DNA of 47,039 nucleotides, taken from the NCBI GenBank assembly GCA_044345405.1, contig JBIJBE010000027.1:1-47039 (forward strand), in the 5' to 3' direction. The translations under genes were made by a program, and so were the position numbers. Position 1 is the first letter of the stretch. Each line of letters starts with the position of its first letter. The DNA comes from Bdellovibrionota bacterium (GTDB lineage Bacteria > Bdellovibrionota_C > UBA2361 > OMII01). The notes below the pieces were generated by a model. It saw only the letters and a program-made list of their open reading frames with translations, ran no database searches and had not been told where the DNA came from. Positions 28,380 through 38,107 of this stretch are shown here, in pieces.

Positions 28380-28838
28380 TTAGAACTGCTGCTCGAGTCG
28401 CTTGAAATCGTCGTACTTAGGATCTCTTGTCTCCCAGTACGTCGTAGCGCCAGATTTATAGGAGAGGTCCATCGTCTTAATTCGAAGCGCTTTAAGAAGC
28501 ATCGCCATCGGAACGAATCCGATCGTCCATGTGAGCGACATGATCACAAATGTCATCACGAGAGACATGTAGTGAGCGAGCTTCATCCACCCCTTCCACA
28601 GAGGATGCAGAGCCCGCGGAGCGCGATAGCCAAGGATACCGATGATAATTCCGCCGATAGCCCACGCGAGAGACGTTGGCGTTACACCGAAACGGTACGT
28701 TTTGTAAGACGCGATGCCGGTAAAGATAATAGCGAAGAGAACCGCGAACTCGCGAACGTGCGTGCGAACGGACTTACCGAGCCAGTCGGTGTCGAGTACG
28801 TCAACCACGCGATCCCCATTAGCGACGGAAAGGCTCAC
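28380..28838 (-). CDS. SxtJ-family membrane protein
   Basis: VREFAVLF, P.ALHPLWKGWMKLA, TYWETR, EQQF C-terminus; follows the carbamoyltransferase. GTG 28838 has a GAGGAG RBS. Confidence 0.8.
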   Translation of the reverse strand: MSLSVANGDRVVDVLDTDWLGKSVRTHVREFAVLFAIIFTGIASYKTYRFGVTPTSLAWAIGGIIIGILGYRAPRALHPLWKGWMKLAHYMSLVMTFVIMSLTWTIGFVPMAMLLKALRIKTMDLSYKSGATTYWETRDPKYDDFKRLEQQF

Positions 28839-28849
28839 TACCGACTCCT

Positions 28850-30667
28850 CTAATCCAGTTCGAACTTCGTTAGCCAATCCTCTCGCTCGTGCCATTTTGG
28901 TTGTTCCTCTTTCAACATCACGACATTGCCAACGATAAGCGCGTCCATGTCAGTTCGCATGAAGCACGCGTAGGCGTCAGCCGGCGTGCACACTATAGGC
29001 TCTCCTCGGACGTTAAAGCTAGTATTGACCAAAACGGAGCACCCCGTCCTTTCCTTAAATGCTGACAATAACTTGTAGAATCGAGGATGCGCCCCGCTCT
29101 CTACGGTCTGAATTCGAGCTGAATAATCGACATGCGTAATAGCCGGAAGGTCTGATTTCGCCACATTCAATTTCGCGATACCAAAGAGCTTCTCCTGTTC
29201 AGCGGTCATCGGGACTCGCCGCTCCTCTCGAACCGGGGCCACCAGGAGCATGTACGGAGAATCGTAATCAAGCTCGAAGTACTTGGCGACGTCCTCACGC
29301 AACACAGCGGGAGCGAAGGGCCGGAATGATTCTCGAAACTTAATCTTGAGATTCATAGTGGCCTGCATGTTTTTGGATCGGGGATCACCGATAATGCTTC
29401 GATTTCCTAACGCGCGTGGACCGAACTCCATACGTCCCTGGAACCAACCGACCACCTTCTCGTTCGCGAGGATGTCAGCGGTAACGCTCGGCAACTCCTC
29501 GTTAGAGACGCGACGATACACGGCGCCAAACTGCGCGAGCTGCGAGACCGTCTCGTCATCGGAGAACTCTGGCCCAAGAAGGGACTGGCTCTGAGAATCT
29601 GTCCTCTCATTCGTGACACGAGGCTTATCGAGGTAGCCATACCACGTACAGAGAGCGGCGCCGAGCGCTCCGCCAGCGTCACCCGCCGCGGGCTGAATCC
29701 AGATATTTTTGAACGGTCCATTACGGAGAAGCTTTCCGTTTCCGACGCAGTTGAGCGCGACGCCCCCCGCCATGCAGAGGTTCTCTAATCCGGTCTCCTT
29801 ATGGAGGAACACCGCTTGACGCAACATGCACTCCTCAACGACCACCTGGATAGAGGCGGCGAGATCCATCTCACGTTGCGTAAGTGGACTCTCTGGCTTA
29901 CGACGTGGCCCGTCAAAGAGCGCGTTGAAGCCGTCGTTTGTCATGCTCAACCCTTGCATGTAGTTAAAGTACTTAAGGTTGAGATGGTAGGAGCCGTCTT
30001 CTTTGAGATCGATAAGGTTGTCGTAGATCTTTTGAACGTACTTCGGCTCTCCGTACGGCGCGAGCCCCATCACCTTATACTCACCGGAGTTCACCTTGAA
30101 TCCGGTGAAGTAGGTGAACGCGGAGTAGAGCAATCCGATCGAGTGCGGAAACTTTATCTCTCGAATAATCTTGAACTCGTTCCCCTCTCCTACACCGAGA
30201 CTGTTCGTCGTCCACTCACCAACGCCATCGATCGTAAGGATCGCGGCGTTTTGATATGGAGAAGGATAGAAAGCTGACCCTGCGTGGCTTTGATGGTGTT
30301 CCGTGAAGAGGACCTCGCCTTTATAGCCAAGCTCGCTCTTAATCGTGTCAGGGATCCATAGCTTGTGCTTGAGCCACATCGGCAGGGCGCGAGCGTACGA
30401 GGTGAATCCCTGCGGAGCGGTCGTGAGGTATGTTTCAAGGAGGCGCTCGAACTTTAAGAGGGGCTTATCGTAGAACGCTACGTAGTCGACGTCGTCGATC
30501 GTGAGACCTTGAGACTTGAGGCAGTACTCAGCGGCGTGCTTAGGGAATTCAGGGTCGTGTTTCTTACGAGTAAACCTCTCCTCCTGAGCGGCGGCTACGA
30601 TCTTTCCATCGGTGACGAGGCACGCGGCGCTGTCGTGGTAGAACGCTGAGATTCCAAGGATGTTCAT
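28850..30667 (-). CDS. Carbamoyltransferase (NodU/CmcH family)
   Basis: MNILGISAFYHDSAACL, AAQEERFTRKKHD, EHHQSHA, DGVGEW, EYKVMGLAPYG, GGVALNC, EFGPRALGNRS, RESFRPFAP, NTSFNVRGEPIV. Confidence 0.95.
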   Translation of the reverse strand: MNILGISAFYHDSAACLVTDGKIVAAAQEERFTRKKHDPEFPKHAAEYCLKSQGLTIDDVDYVAFYDKPLLKFERLLETYLTTAPQGFTSYARALPMWLKHKLWIPDTIKSELGYKGEVLFTEHHQSHAGSAFYPSPYQNAAILTIDGVGEWTTNSLGVGEGNEFKIIREIKFPHSIGLLYSAFTYFTGFKVNSGEYKVMGLAPYGEPKYVQKIYDNLIDLKEDGSYHLNLKYFNYMQGLSMTNDGFNALFDGPRRKPESPLTQREMDLAASIQVVVEECMLRQAVFLHKETGLENLCMAGGVALNCVGNGKLLRNGPFKNIWIQPAAGDAGGALGAALCTWYGYLDKPRVTNERTDSQSQSLLGPEFSDDETVSQLAQFGAVYRRVSNEELPSVTADILANEKVVGWFQGRMEFGPRALGNRSIIGDPRSKNMQATMNLKIKFRESFRPFAPAVLREDVAKYFELDYDSPYMLLVAPVREERRVPMTAEQEKLFGIAKLNVAKSDLPAITHVDYSARIQTVESGAHPRFYKLLSAFKERTGCSVLVNTSFNVRGEPIVCTPADAYACFMRTDMDALIVGNVVMLKEEQPKWHEREDWLTKFELD

Positions 30668-30815
30668 AGAGCCTCTCGGTGAAAGTGGAGGAAAACAACC
30701 ATATACTACGTCAAGTTAGGTACTGTCGAGACAACTCCCCTCCCTGCCATGGGGGACTCATCAAAGATTACCTCCTCCCTTGCCTTTTTGAGGGGGATCC
30801 TTCTGAATAGCCTGC

Positions 30816-31619
30816 ATGAACGACACCCGACGCTCAACGATCTCCGCCTTTATCGTCTGCTGCAACGAAGAGCGCCAGATCCGTCGGTGCCTCGAGAGCG
30901 TGGCATGGTGCGACGAAATTATCATCGTCGACTCAGGCTCGAGCGATAAAACGCTCGATATCTGTAGGGAATTCACCAACAAGATCACCCATAAAGACTG
31001 GCAGGGGTACGTTAAACAGAAGCGCTTCGCGCTTGAACAGTGTTCGGGGGACTGGGTGTTAAACGTGGACGCCGATGAAGAGGTCTCTACCGAGCTGAAG
31101 GACGAGATCCTTTCTATCCTCGCAGACGACCGAAAAGGGCTCCGACCGAATGTAAATGGGTACCTCCTCAACAGAGTGGTATTCTTTCTAGAAAGGTGGT
31201 GGCGCAAAGGGGGATGGCACCCTGAATATCGGCTCCGGCTGTGTCGCCGATCGGCGACCACCTGGGGCGGCGAGGATCCGCATGAAAAGGCATCTGTAAC
31301 GGGCACGACGGCCCGATGTAAAGCAGAGCTCCATCACTACTCGTTTACCGACCTTACCGACTACATGCGACGGATGAACACCCTCTCATCGAACGCCACC
31401 CACACACTGCTGAATCGTGGGGTACGAGCATCATTCATCGCGATCACCCTTCGGCCACTAGCCCGATTCTTTAAGTTTTACGTAACCCGCAAAGGCTATC
31501 GAGAGGGAACCGCCGGTTTCATCGTAGCCGTGATTGAGGCGATCTCGGTGTTTCTCAAGTACGCCAAGGTCTGGGAAGCGCTCAAGGTGCGGGCGGATGA
31601 CCCGCGGGATATGAAGTAA
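30816..31619 (+). CDS. Glycosyltransferase family 2 (WaaE/KdtX-like)
   Basis: NEERQIRRCLESV, IVDSGSSDKT, WVLNVDADE, GGWHPE...PHE, GYREG..GF. Confidence 0.9.
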   Translation: MNDTRRSTISAFIVCCNEERQIRRCLESVAWCDEIIIVDSGSSDKTLDICREFTNKITHKDWQGYVKQKRFALEQCSGDWVLNVDADEEVSTELKDEILSILADDRKGLRPNVNGYLLNRVVFFLERWWRKGGWHPEYRLRLCRRSATTWGGEDPHEKASVTGTTARCKAELHHYSFTDLTDYMRRMNTLSSNATHTLLNRGVRASFIAITLRPLARFFKFYVTRKGYREGTAGFIVAVIEAISVFLKYAKVWEALKVRADDPRDMK

Positions 31620-31720
31620 TCGCTCTCAATCCGAATAAGAGGCCTAATTCTTGCCTATTTCCACACGCCTGAATTCGCGGCGCCCAGCAACTTATTGAGG
31701 AATTCCCCGAACAACCGTGC

Positions 31721-31960
31721 ATGAAATATGTCTACATCCTCAGCAGCAAGCGCGATCCATCCAAGAGATATTTCGGTGTAACCAGCGATTTAAAGCGCCG
31801 GTTAAACGAACACAATCATGGCAACTGCACCTACACATCTCAGTTCGGCCCTTGGAGCCTTGAGACATATCTCGCGTTCAGCACCGAAAGTAAGGCATGG
31901 CAGTTCGAGAAATACCTCAAGACGCGCTCTGGACAGGCGTTTTCTCGAAAAAGGCTGTAG
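31721..31960 (+). CDS. Small GIY-YIG nuclease family protein
   Basis: YVYILSS...YFGVTSDLKRRLNEHN.G...YT...PW.L....F.....A..FEKYLKT.SG..F. Confidence 0.9.
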   Translation: MKYVYILSSKRDPSKRYFGVTSDLKRRLNEHNHGNCTYTSQFGPWSLETYLAFSTESKAWQFEKYLKTRSGQAFSRKRL

Positions 31961-32174
31961 ACCAGCCCCCCTACGCCTTAGGCTACGGGGGACACACTTC
32001 GCCCTGAATATCGTTTGAGACGCGCACGAGTGGCTTGCCACACGAAGCCCCGGAGGGGCGAAACAGACCAGCCCCCCTACGCCTTAGGCTACGGGGGACA
32101 CACTTCGCCCTGAATTTTGTTTGATATTCGCACGAGTGGCTTGCCACACGAAGCCCCGGAGGGGCGAAGTGTGG
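31959..32174 (+). repeat. Tandem duplication (2 x 106 bp) of a double-hairpin unit between the GIY-YIG gene and tRNA-Ala
   Basis: Copies start at 31959 and 32065. Each carries CCCCCCTACGCCTTAGGCTACGGGGGA and CCACACGAAGCCCCGGAGGGGCGAA(GTGTGG); differences are confined to the central spacer. Confidence 0.95.
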
Positions 32175-32244
32175 ACCTAAGCGGGGTCGAACCGCTGACC
32201 TCTACACTGCCAGTGTAGCGCTCTACCAACTGAGCTATAGGCCC
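32172..32244 (-). tRNA. tRNA-Ala (GGC)
   Basis: GGGCCTATAGCTCAGTTGGTAGAGCGCTACACTGGCAGTGTAGAGGTCAGCGGTTCGACCCCGCTTAGGTCCA; G3:U70 identity pair; CCA not encoded. Confidence 0.96.
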
Positions 32245-32372
32245 GTAAGGAACCGCGGCGCCTGGAGACGCCGCGGCAATGGCGAGGAGGTTAATTGAAT
32301 CCGATAAAGGTGTCAAAATAATGAGTTTCGATTTGATACTTTTCGGGACATTCGATAACGTAAGGCCGGTGT

Positions 32373-32449
32373 CGGGCAGTGGCGCAGACCGGTAGCGCAC
32401 TCCCTTGGGGTGGGAGAGGTCGGAGGTTCAAATCCTCTCTGCCCGACCA
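32373..32449 (+). tRNA. tRNA-Pro (GGG)
   Basis: CGGGCAGTGGCGCAGACCGGTAGCGCACTCCCTTGGGGTGGGAGAGGTCGGAGGTTCAAATCCTCTCTGCCCGACCA. Confidence 0.96.
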
Positions 32450-32998
32450 TTCATTTCATTTCCCGTCATTTCCCGAAAGCTCCAGTCTTGATTGCAGTCC
32501 TTCTTTATCCGCGCTCCCTTCATCCTGCTGCGTCTTTATCCTGCTGGGTCTTCATCGAACGTAGGATCCCTCTTTGCCTCCTCGTCCTGATGTTCTTCCG
32601 GAGCGTAGAGAAGTAATTAGACCTTCGCGAAACCGATGCCCGTTACTTCAGCGTTGAGCTCGCCACACGCCAGTCTACGAAAAACCTCTACGCAGCCCGA
32701 GATCGGACCAGCAATCGGGCGCTCCAAAACCGACAGATCAGGTCTCTACCGACACCTTGAATCCTATCGGCGGATCTATATCCGAGATAGCGAAGGCCAC
32801 GCAAAGTGGCCCCTTTTTCTAGAAATCGATCAACTCGATCAATCGCTCCGTTTTTAGGGGCAAATCTTCCGACTCTTTGATTGACTAGCCTCTGTCGGAC
32901 GGGTATCAATAACCGACTACCAGAGCTGACCTCGCCCTTGTACTCAATCGTGAGAAACAGGGGAAAATCGGGGCCTGACGCTCACTAGGTTCGGAAGG

Positions 32999-34849
32999 AT
33001 GACGCAAGGGATCAACGCAATTCCCGGCAAAAATCCAGGCGATTCAACGCCGCAATTCTCATTCTCCTTCGCTGACGTCGAATGCATCTCAGGTGATTAC
33101 TTTCGTCAGCACGTGCTGAGGGAGCAATCGTCACAAGAGAAGGGTCGTAACGCGACCCCCTACAAAGAGTGGATCGAATCACTCCCTCAACATCTCAGCA
33201 AGACGGGGCAACGGATCATCGATTCGTGGTGGTCCTTCGACCTCCTTGGTGAGGTGTACAACTGTGGCGCCGCTCACACCAAGCTATTCGGACCTGACGT
33301 TGACCATACGCGGAGAGATCACTGCATCCACGCGGCGTATGTCGCTCGTCAGGTGGCCGAGCGCGCGCTCATCAACCTCTCCGAGCATGAGAAAACGGTG
33401 CTTGAGCTCGTCATGCTCCTCCATGATCCGCATCGACTCGGCTCCCATGCGTTGGATCGAGTTATTGCCTCCATTCCGGGCGCGCCACACATTGAGGCCT
33501 GGGGATGGGGAGAGGACTTCCATGAATACCATGGCGCTCAGGAGGTGTACCGAGACCCGAATCTCAAGAAGATCCTCGGTGTTTATTGGGCCGATGTCCT
33601 CGCCGTGCTCTCCTACCTCGACATCCGTCCCCTTGACGATCCGGGCCGCGTGAAGGATTTCGGGCCAACTCCGCCTGTTGTACCTCAAGGACATCCACCG
33701 CTCCTACCTAAGGAGCGTATAAATCTACTCTACAAGCTTAAAGACGAGATCGACCGGATGTCGTACCTTGAACTGGACTTTAAGCGCTCCGGCTTCGAGC
33801 CGTCTCTGATCTCCGGACTGATGCAGTGCATTGAAGATTACCAAGAGCACTTCGTTACCGCCGGGAACCACCTCGCTATCCTTCTTCCGCAACGCAAACT
33901 TGAAACACCGAGAAGCGCTCACGAGTCATATCCATTCGATCCTTGGATCGGCGCCCGCCAACTCCATAGAGAGAACATAGCAACGCACCCGACCGCGTGC
34001 CTCGTCGACGCGGTGCTTCGTGAGTCACTCGCCGCTACCGTTCAGAACCACTTCAAGGGAGCGATGAACACCGCGGGTTGCTACAAATTCGTAAGAAATA
34101 TCGCGCTCAAAGGAGAGTACAACAAGCTCTTCGGCACCTCCGTTCTTGAACTTCTGACAGCGCCTCGCGCCGGACAGGCGACCCTCGGCCTTGAGGACCT
34201 CTACGCGCCTCTCGCGACACTCACAGCTGACGACCTCGCCGAATCAACCGGTCGACACCTACTCGGCTCGAAGGTGAGCACCTCGCAGAGCGCTCAATTG
34301 TGTGGATTCCCTCGCGCGGACATGACCCGACTTGAGTACGACCTTCGCGCGCACCTTCGAAGCAAGGGACTCGACCACCGTGTGTTTGTCATCCTCTCAA
34401 ACGACTTTGAAAAGATCCTCAAATTCACGGTTGTCGAAGGCCCCGAACATCTCAAGAAGGAGCAGTTCCTTAACAGCCTCGCGCAGCACGAAGACGCGTC
34501 GTCGACGAAGCCCCTGGACGTCGTGCGCTTCGCTGTTCGCACCTCCTCCAAGAGCCAAAAGCTGATTCTCGCGATGAAAGCGTTGGATGACTCAGGGAAC
34601 TGCCGCAACCTGGCGCCCATTCAGGAGGAGATGCAAGCGTTCTTCACAAGCCGCGGCCTCCTCAAGGACACGACAGCTCTCAAAGAACATTACAATCCTC
34701 GCGCCTTCTGCGAACCCCTTAACCCGGAGATCTTCCGAGACGATGTCCAGAAGCGCATGACCGATTTCACGCCGGCATGGATAGAGCGCGGCGGATGCGG
34801 GCTTAACCTTAAAGAGCCCGGTCAAATCATGTTCGACAACAAAATATAG
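32999..34849 (+). CDS. Divergent HD-domain phosphohydrolase (SAMHD1/dNTP triphosphohydrolase-like)
   Basis: HTRRDH, LLHD...SH, HE, DEIDRMSYLELD and R......TH motifs occur in canonical order. Confidence 0.7.
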   Translation: MTQGINAIPGKNPGDSTPQFSFSFADVECISGDYFRQHVLREQSSQEKGRNATPYKEWIESLPQHLSKTGQRIIDSWWSFDLLGEVYNCGAAHTKLFGPDVDHTRRDHCIHAAYVARQVAERALINLSEHEKTVLELVMLLHDPHRLGSHALDRVIASIPGAPHIEAWGWGEDFHEYHGAQEVYRDPNLKKILGVYWADVLAVLSYLDIRPLDDPGRVKDFGPTPPVVPQGHPPLLPKERINLLYKLKDEIDRMSYLELDFKRSGFEPSLISGLMQCIEDYQEHFVTAGNHLAILLPQRKLETPRSAHESYPFDPWIGARQLHRENIATHPTACLVDAVLRESLAATVQNHFKGAMNTAGCYKFVRNIALKGEYNKLFGTSVLELLTAPRAGQATLGLEDLYAPLATLTADDLAESTGRHLLGSKVSTSQSAQLCGFPRADMTRLEYDLRAHLRSKGLDHRVFVILSNDFEKILKFTVVEGPEHLKKEQFLNSLAQHEDASSTKPLDVVRFAVRTSSKSQKLILAMKALDDSGNCRNLAPIQEEMQAFFTSRGLLKDTTALKEHYNPRAFCEPLNPEIFRDDVQKRMTDFTPAWIERGGCGLNLKEPGQIMFDNKI

Positions 34850-34969
34850 CGCGCTAGCAACCCGAACGCGTCTTTCTCCTTTGCCCCTTCACCAAAGTGC
34901 CCCGTATACTGAAACCACGTGTACGAAAGTTATAGCGGTCGGTCTCTTGAGACCCCGGCGGGTCAGCAC

Positions 34970-36418
34970 ATGAAACCAACTCTTCTCACCATGGGCGTTA
35001 TGACCGGCAACTCGCTTGACGCGGTTGACGTTGTCATCACCAAACTCTCGCCGGATGGCGGCATTCATGACGCTCAACACTATGCGGGAGCGTTTCCAAC
35101 GGATCTCGCTGACAACATTAGAGCGTTTCGAGAGATATTACGATCATGCGAAGGCGATGTCGCTCGCGCCGAGAGGCAACTCTCCATTCCCCTCTCAGAG
35201 ATCCACAATCGCTACGTAAAGGCGGTCGGCGAGGCGTGCCTCGCCACGATCGTCTCCGCCCGAACGGCAAAGACGATCGATCGCGACGCGACCCCTGACC
35301 TTGTGGGTTTTCACGGGCAAACGTGCGCGCACCTCCCGCCCTCGATCGCTCGCCCGAAAAGCCTCACTCCTTACACGGTCCAATTAGGCGACGGCCAAGC
35401 CCTCGCGAACATCCTGGATATACCTGTCGCGTATGATTTCCGCTCCGATGACATCATGAACGGCGGTGAAGGCGCCCCACTTGCTCCGGTGCACCACCTC
35501 CACCTCGCTCGCCACACGAAAGCTCAAGGAGCGTTTCCGATCGCGTTTATTAACGGTGGCAACACTGGGAACGTCAGTATCATCACCAATCAGATCGGGA
35601 AGAAGGATCCATCCGTGTTCGGCTGGGACACAGGGCCGTTCAACCACTTCCCCGATCTCCTGGCGCGGCGAGAAGCGGGAATCTCGCACGACAACAACGG
35701 AGAGATTGGGCTTGCGGGGACGGTGAATGAATCTTTGCTGCGACTCCTGTTCGAACGGAGCGCGGTCACAAGCGACGGAAATAATTTTATTACGCAAACA
35801 CCACCTCGCTCATCAGATCCTCAATGGTATCGAGAGATCCCCGAGCTTTTGGGGACCGCGCCAGTCGACGGAAAGGTACTTTCTCTCGCGGATCGGATGC
35901 GCACCGCTGAATACTTCTCAGCGTATATCGCGATGTACTCACTCTCATTTATTCCATCTGACTGCGAATTTCCTCTCTACTTCGGGCTGTGCGGAGGGGG
36001 ATGGAAAAACCCCGTGGTGACAAACCATTTTCGCTCCCTCATGCGAACGTCTGCGGGACAGGTCATCTTGAAGGAGCATGAGCGCGCCTACGGGGAGATT
36101 ATCTCTCGACTCAGGAAACGGAAGCCAACCGTTGAGTCAACGAGCGCCTTCGGATTTGACCCCAACTCAATGGAGGCACGAATCTTCGCTGACGCGGCGG
36201 CGAAGCTCGTGTGGGGAGAGCCGTTCAGCCAACCATCCGTTACGGGCGTATCCAAACCCACTGTGTGTGGCAGGCTTCGATTCCCAGCTTCCAAGGATCC
36301 GAAGAGCTTTCTCGTTGGACGATCGTTGGCGGATAGAGGCTCTCTTGTGGACCTTCAATCAACGAAGGGTTTTCGGGACGCGCGTTTTGGACGGGCGATT
36401 GCGGGGTGGAAGGGGTAA
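34970..36418 (+). CDS. anmK: Anhydro-N-acetylmuramic acid kinase
   Basis: GVMTGNSLDAVD, GFHGQT, TVQLGDG, DFRSDD..GGEGAPLAP, DTGPFN, CGGG..N, MEA..FA. Confidence 0.9.
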   Translation: MKPTLLTMGVMTGNSLDAVDVVITKLSPDGGIHDAQHYAGAFPTDLADNIRAFREILRSCEGDVARAERQLSIPLSEIHNRYVKAVGEACLATIVSARTAKTIDRDATPDLVGFHGQTCAHLPPSIARPKSLTPYTVQLGDGQALANILDIPVAYDFRSDDIMNGGEGAPLAPVHHLHLARHTKAQGAFPIAFINGGNTGNVSIITNQIGKKDPSVFGWDTGPFNHFPDLLARREAGISHDNNGEIGLAGTVNESLLRLLFERSAVTSDGNNFITQTPPRSSDPQWYREIPELLGTAPVDGKVLSLADRMRTAEYFSAYIAMYSLSFIPSDCEFPLYFGLCGGGWKNPVVTNHFRSLMRTSAGQVILKEHERAYGEIISRLRKRKPTVESTSAFGFDPNSMEARIFADAAAKLVWGEPFSQPSVTGVSKPTVCGRLRFPASKDPKSFLVGRSLADRGSLVDLQSTKGFRDARFGRAIAGWKG

Positions 36419-36424
36419 AACCCC

Positions 36425-37081
36425 TTACGAACCCGCATACTCCTCAAGAAGTCCAGGAGGAGGCATATCACCATCGCCGACGACAGTGGGTTGCGCGGCT
36501 TGAAGCCGTTCAAGCTCTCGTTGCTTATCCGCTATCTCCTGCTGGAGTCGCTCAACCTTTCCCTCGTTTGCCACAGGCGCGACAGCTCCGGGCGCGATCA
36601 CTTCAGGCTTATCGGGGCTCGTTTCATCCGCAAAGGTTTCGAGCGGCATACTCGGGAGCGAGTCAGCGGAATGTGAGGCGGGAGCGGGTGATTGAGGAGG
36701 GTTCGACGCATCATTCGACGGAGTCGGCGTTAGGGTTGGTTCGGGGGCGGACTCACCCATCAAGAGGTTCGGAACCTTCCCCTGCCCGGACTGCGGCGCG
36801 GTACCGTAGGCGTTCGAGTTGGCGACAAGTTCAACTGGGATAACGATGCGATCGCCGACCTTCAACGGGCGCTGCGCGATCTCCCGGTTGTAGCGCAGGA
36901 CGATCTCCTGTGAGAGGGTCGTACCGGTGTACCACGTGAGAAGTTTTGGGAAACTCTCTTCAGGAGAACGCACCACGTGTACGAAGAAGGATCCCTCCTC
37001 CACCGGGGTCGGAGGATCGACGTACCTTTGGATACACCCTCCAAGACAAAGTATGACCAGATACGCCAGTGTCCGCTTCAC
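36425..37081 (-). CDS. Lipoprotein with LysM-like domain, Pro/Ser linker and coiled coil
   Basis: Lipobox LGGC; HVVR..ES...L..WYTG....I..YN......LKVGDRIVIP. Confidence 0.75.
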   Translation of the reverse strand: MKRTLAYLVILCLGGCIQRYVDPPTPVEEGSFFVHVVRSPEESFPKLLTWYTGTTLSQEIVLRYNREIAQRPLKVGDRIVIPVELVANSNAYGTAPQSGQGKVPNLLMGESAPEPTLTPTPSNDASNPPQSPAPASHSADSLPSMPLETFADETSPDKPEVIAPGAVAPVANEGKVERLQQEIADKQRELERLQAAQPTVVGDGDMPPPGLLEEYAGS

Positions 37082-37221
37082 AGTCCCCCATGCGAGGCGA
37101 CCATCGCTCGCCCCTCGCTGGAGATATCGGCGATTATGCGCGGGAAGTTAATCAGGATTTCGCTCGCGAAAAGCCCCATCAGAGCAGAGGCTTACGAGCA
37201 TGAGAGAACTCACTACAGGCC

Positions 37222-37569
37222 CTACTGAACCTTTTTGACCGAGATCACCTCTTCGGTGAACGTAGGTTTGAGGTGTTGCTCAACTTTGAGTTCAACGGAG
37301 TCCCCTGCCTTGATCCCATCCAACGAAAGCCCCTCTTTAAGGTAGAACGGCATCGTCATAGCCATCATACCAACGATTGCGCCTGTGTCGTCACGGTAGT
37401 CAGGGATAGGTTGGTGCTTCACCAACATCTCGTTCTTCGCGAGTCCATCACCGGGCATCCCTTTGATGATCCCCTTAACGATGAAGAAGTACGCGGTATC
37501 GGCGAAGGCGGATGTTGAGACCGCGCACGCGGCAACAATCGCAAAAAAGATAGATCTCATAGTTCTCAT
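37222..37569 (-). CDS. CusF-like periplasmic copper-binding protein
   Basis: Signal peptide (AFA-D); VKHQPIP...GMMAMTMPF...LDGIKAGDSV. Confidence 0.8.
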   Translation of the reverse strand: MRTMRSIFFAIVAACAVSTSAFADTAYFFIVKGIIKGMPGDGLAKNEMLVKHQPIPDYRDDTGAIVGMMAMTMPFYLKEGLSLDGIKAGDSVELKVEQHLKPTFTEEVISVKKVQ

Positions 37570-37573
37570 TCTT

Positions 37574-38005
37574 TTACTCAGCGCCCCCACGAAGATCCCA
37601 TACCCTCATCGCCACGATTACTGTCAAAAGTGTCGTCATCGGAATCCCGAGCGCGATGAGAACAAACATGGTCACATCGATTCGATACTTGATGCTCTGA
37701 ATGCTCATGAACATGAGGCTAGAAAACAACCCCGCACTTGCGAGAATGGTGAGCGCGATGATGATCGACTTTCGGGCCCAGAGGTAGAGCGCGGTAACGA
37801 ATGCGGCGAAACCAACGGAGATCTGCCCAATCATCGGAATTACAAAGAAGGTCGTGAAGAGGAACGGCGCCATAAGGGTGGCGACCAACATGGTGATGAC
37901 AACCTCTTTAACAGTCACAGGGGGTGGCGGCTTGCGCAGGCTCGGCGCGTGAAACTTCTCAAAATCTTCGATGCGAATGCGGTCCACTACCTGAGCCTGT
38001 GACAT
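37574..38005 (-). CDS. Hypothetical membrane protein (about 4 TM)
   Basis: Hydrophobic 143-aa ORF with a GGGGA RBS, co-oriented with the CusF-like gene. Confidence 0.75.
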   Translation of the reverse strand: MSQAQVVDRIRIEDFEKFHAPSLRKPPPPVTVKEVVITMLVATLMAPFLFTTFFVIPMIGQISVGFAAFVTALYLWARKSIIIALTILASAGLFSSLMFMSIQSIKYRIDVTMFVLIALGIPMTTLLTVIVAMRVWDLRGGAE

Positions 38006-38107
38006 AGTCGTCCCCTAAAGAGTAACGTCGGTAGTCTACTGCAGTCTGGGGTAGAGCTCAATAAACACACCCGGCCCCGGGCGACTCTTTCGCCGAGGCC
38101 TTATATA

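Noticed and set aside
28380-30667. Saxitoxin cluster (sxtI/sxtJ-like genes)
   Set aside because: This gene pair is widespread outside toxin producers, and no sxtA, sxtG or other sxt genes are present.
31959-32168. CRISPR array interpretation of the tandem repeat
   Set aside because: There are only two 106-bp units, and their spacers are homologous rather than unique.
32500-32560. Short ~16-bp imperfect tandem (CTTCATCCTGCTGCGT/CTTTATCCTGCTGGGT) after tRNA-Pro
   Set aside because: It has only about 2.5 degenerate copies. No integrase or duplicated tRNA 3' end was found to indicate an integrated element.
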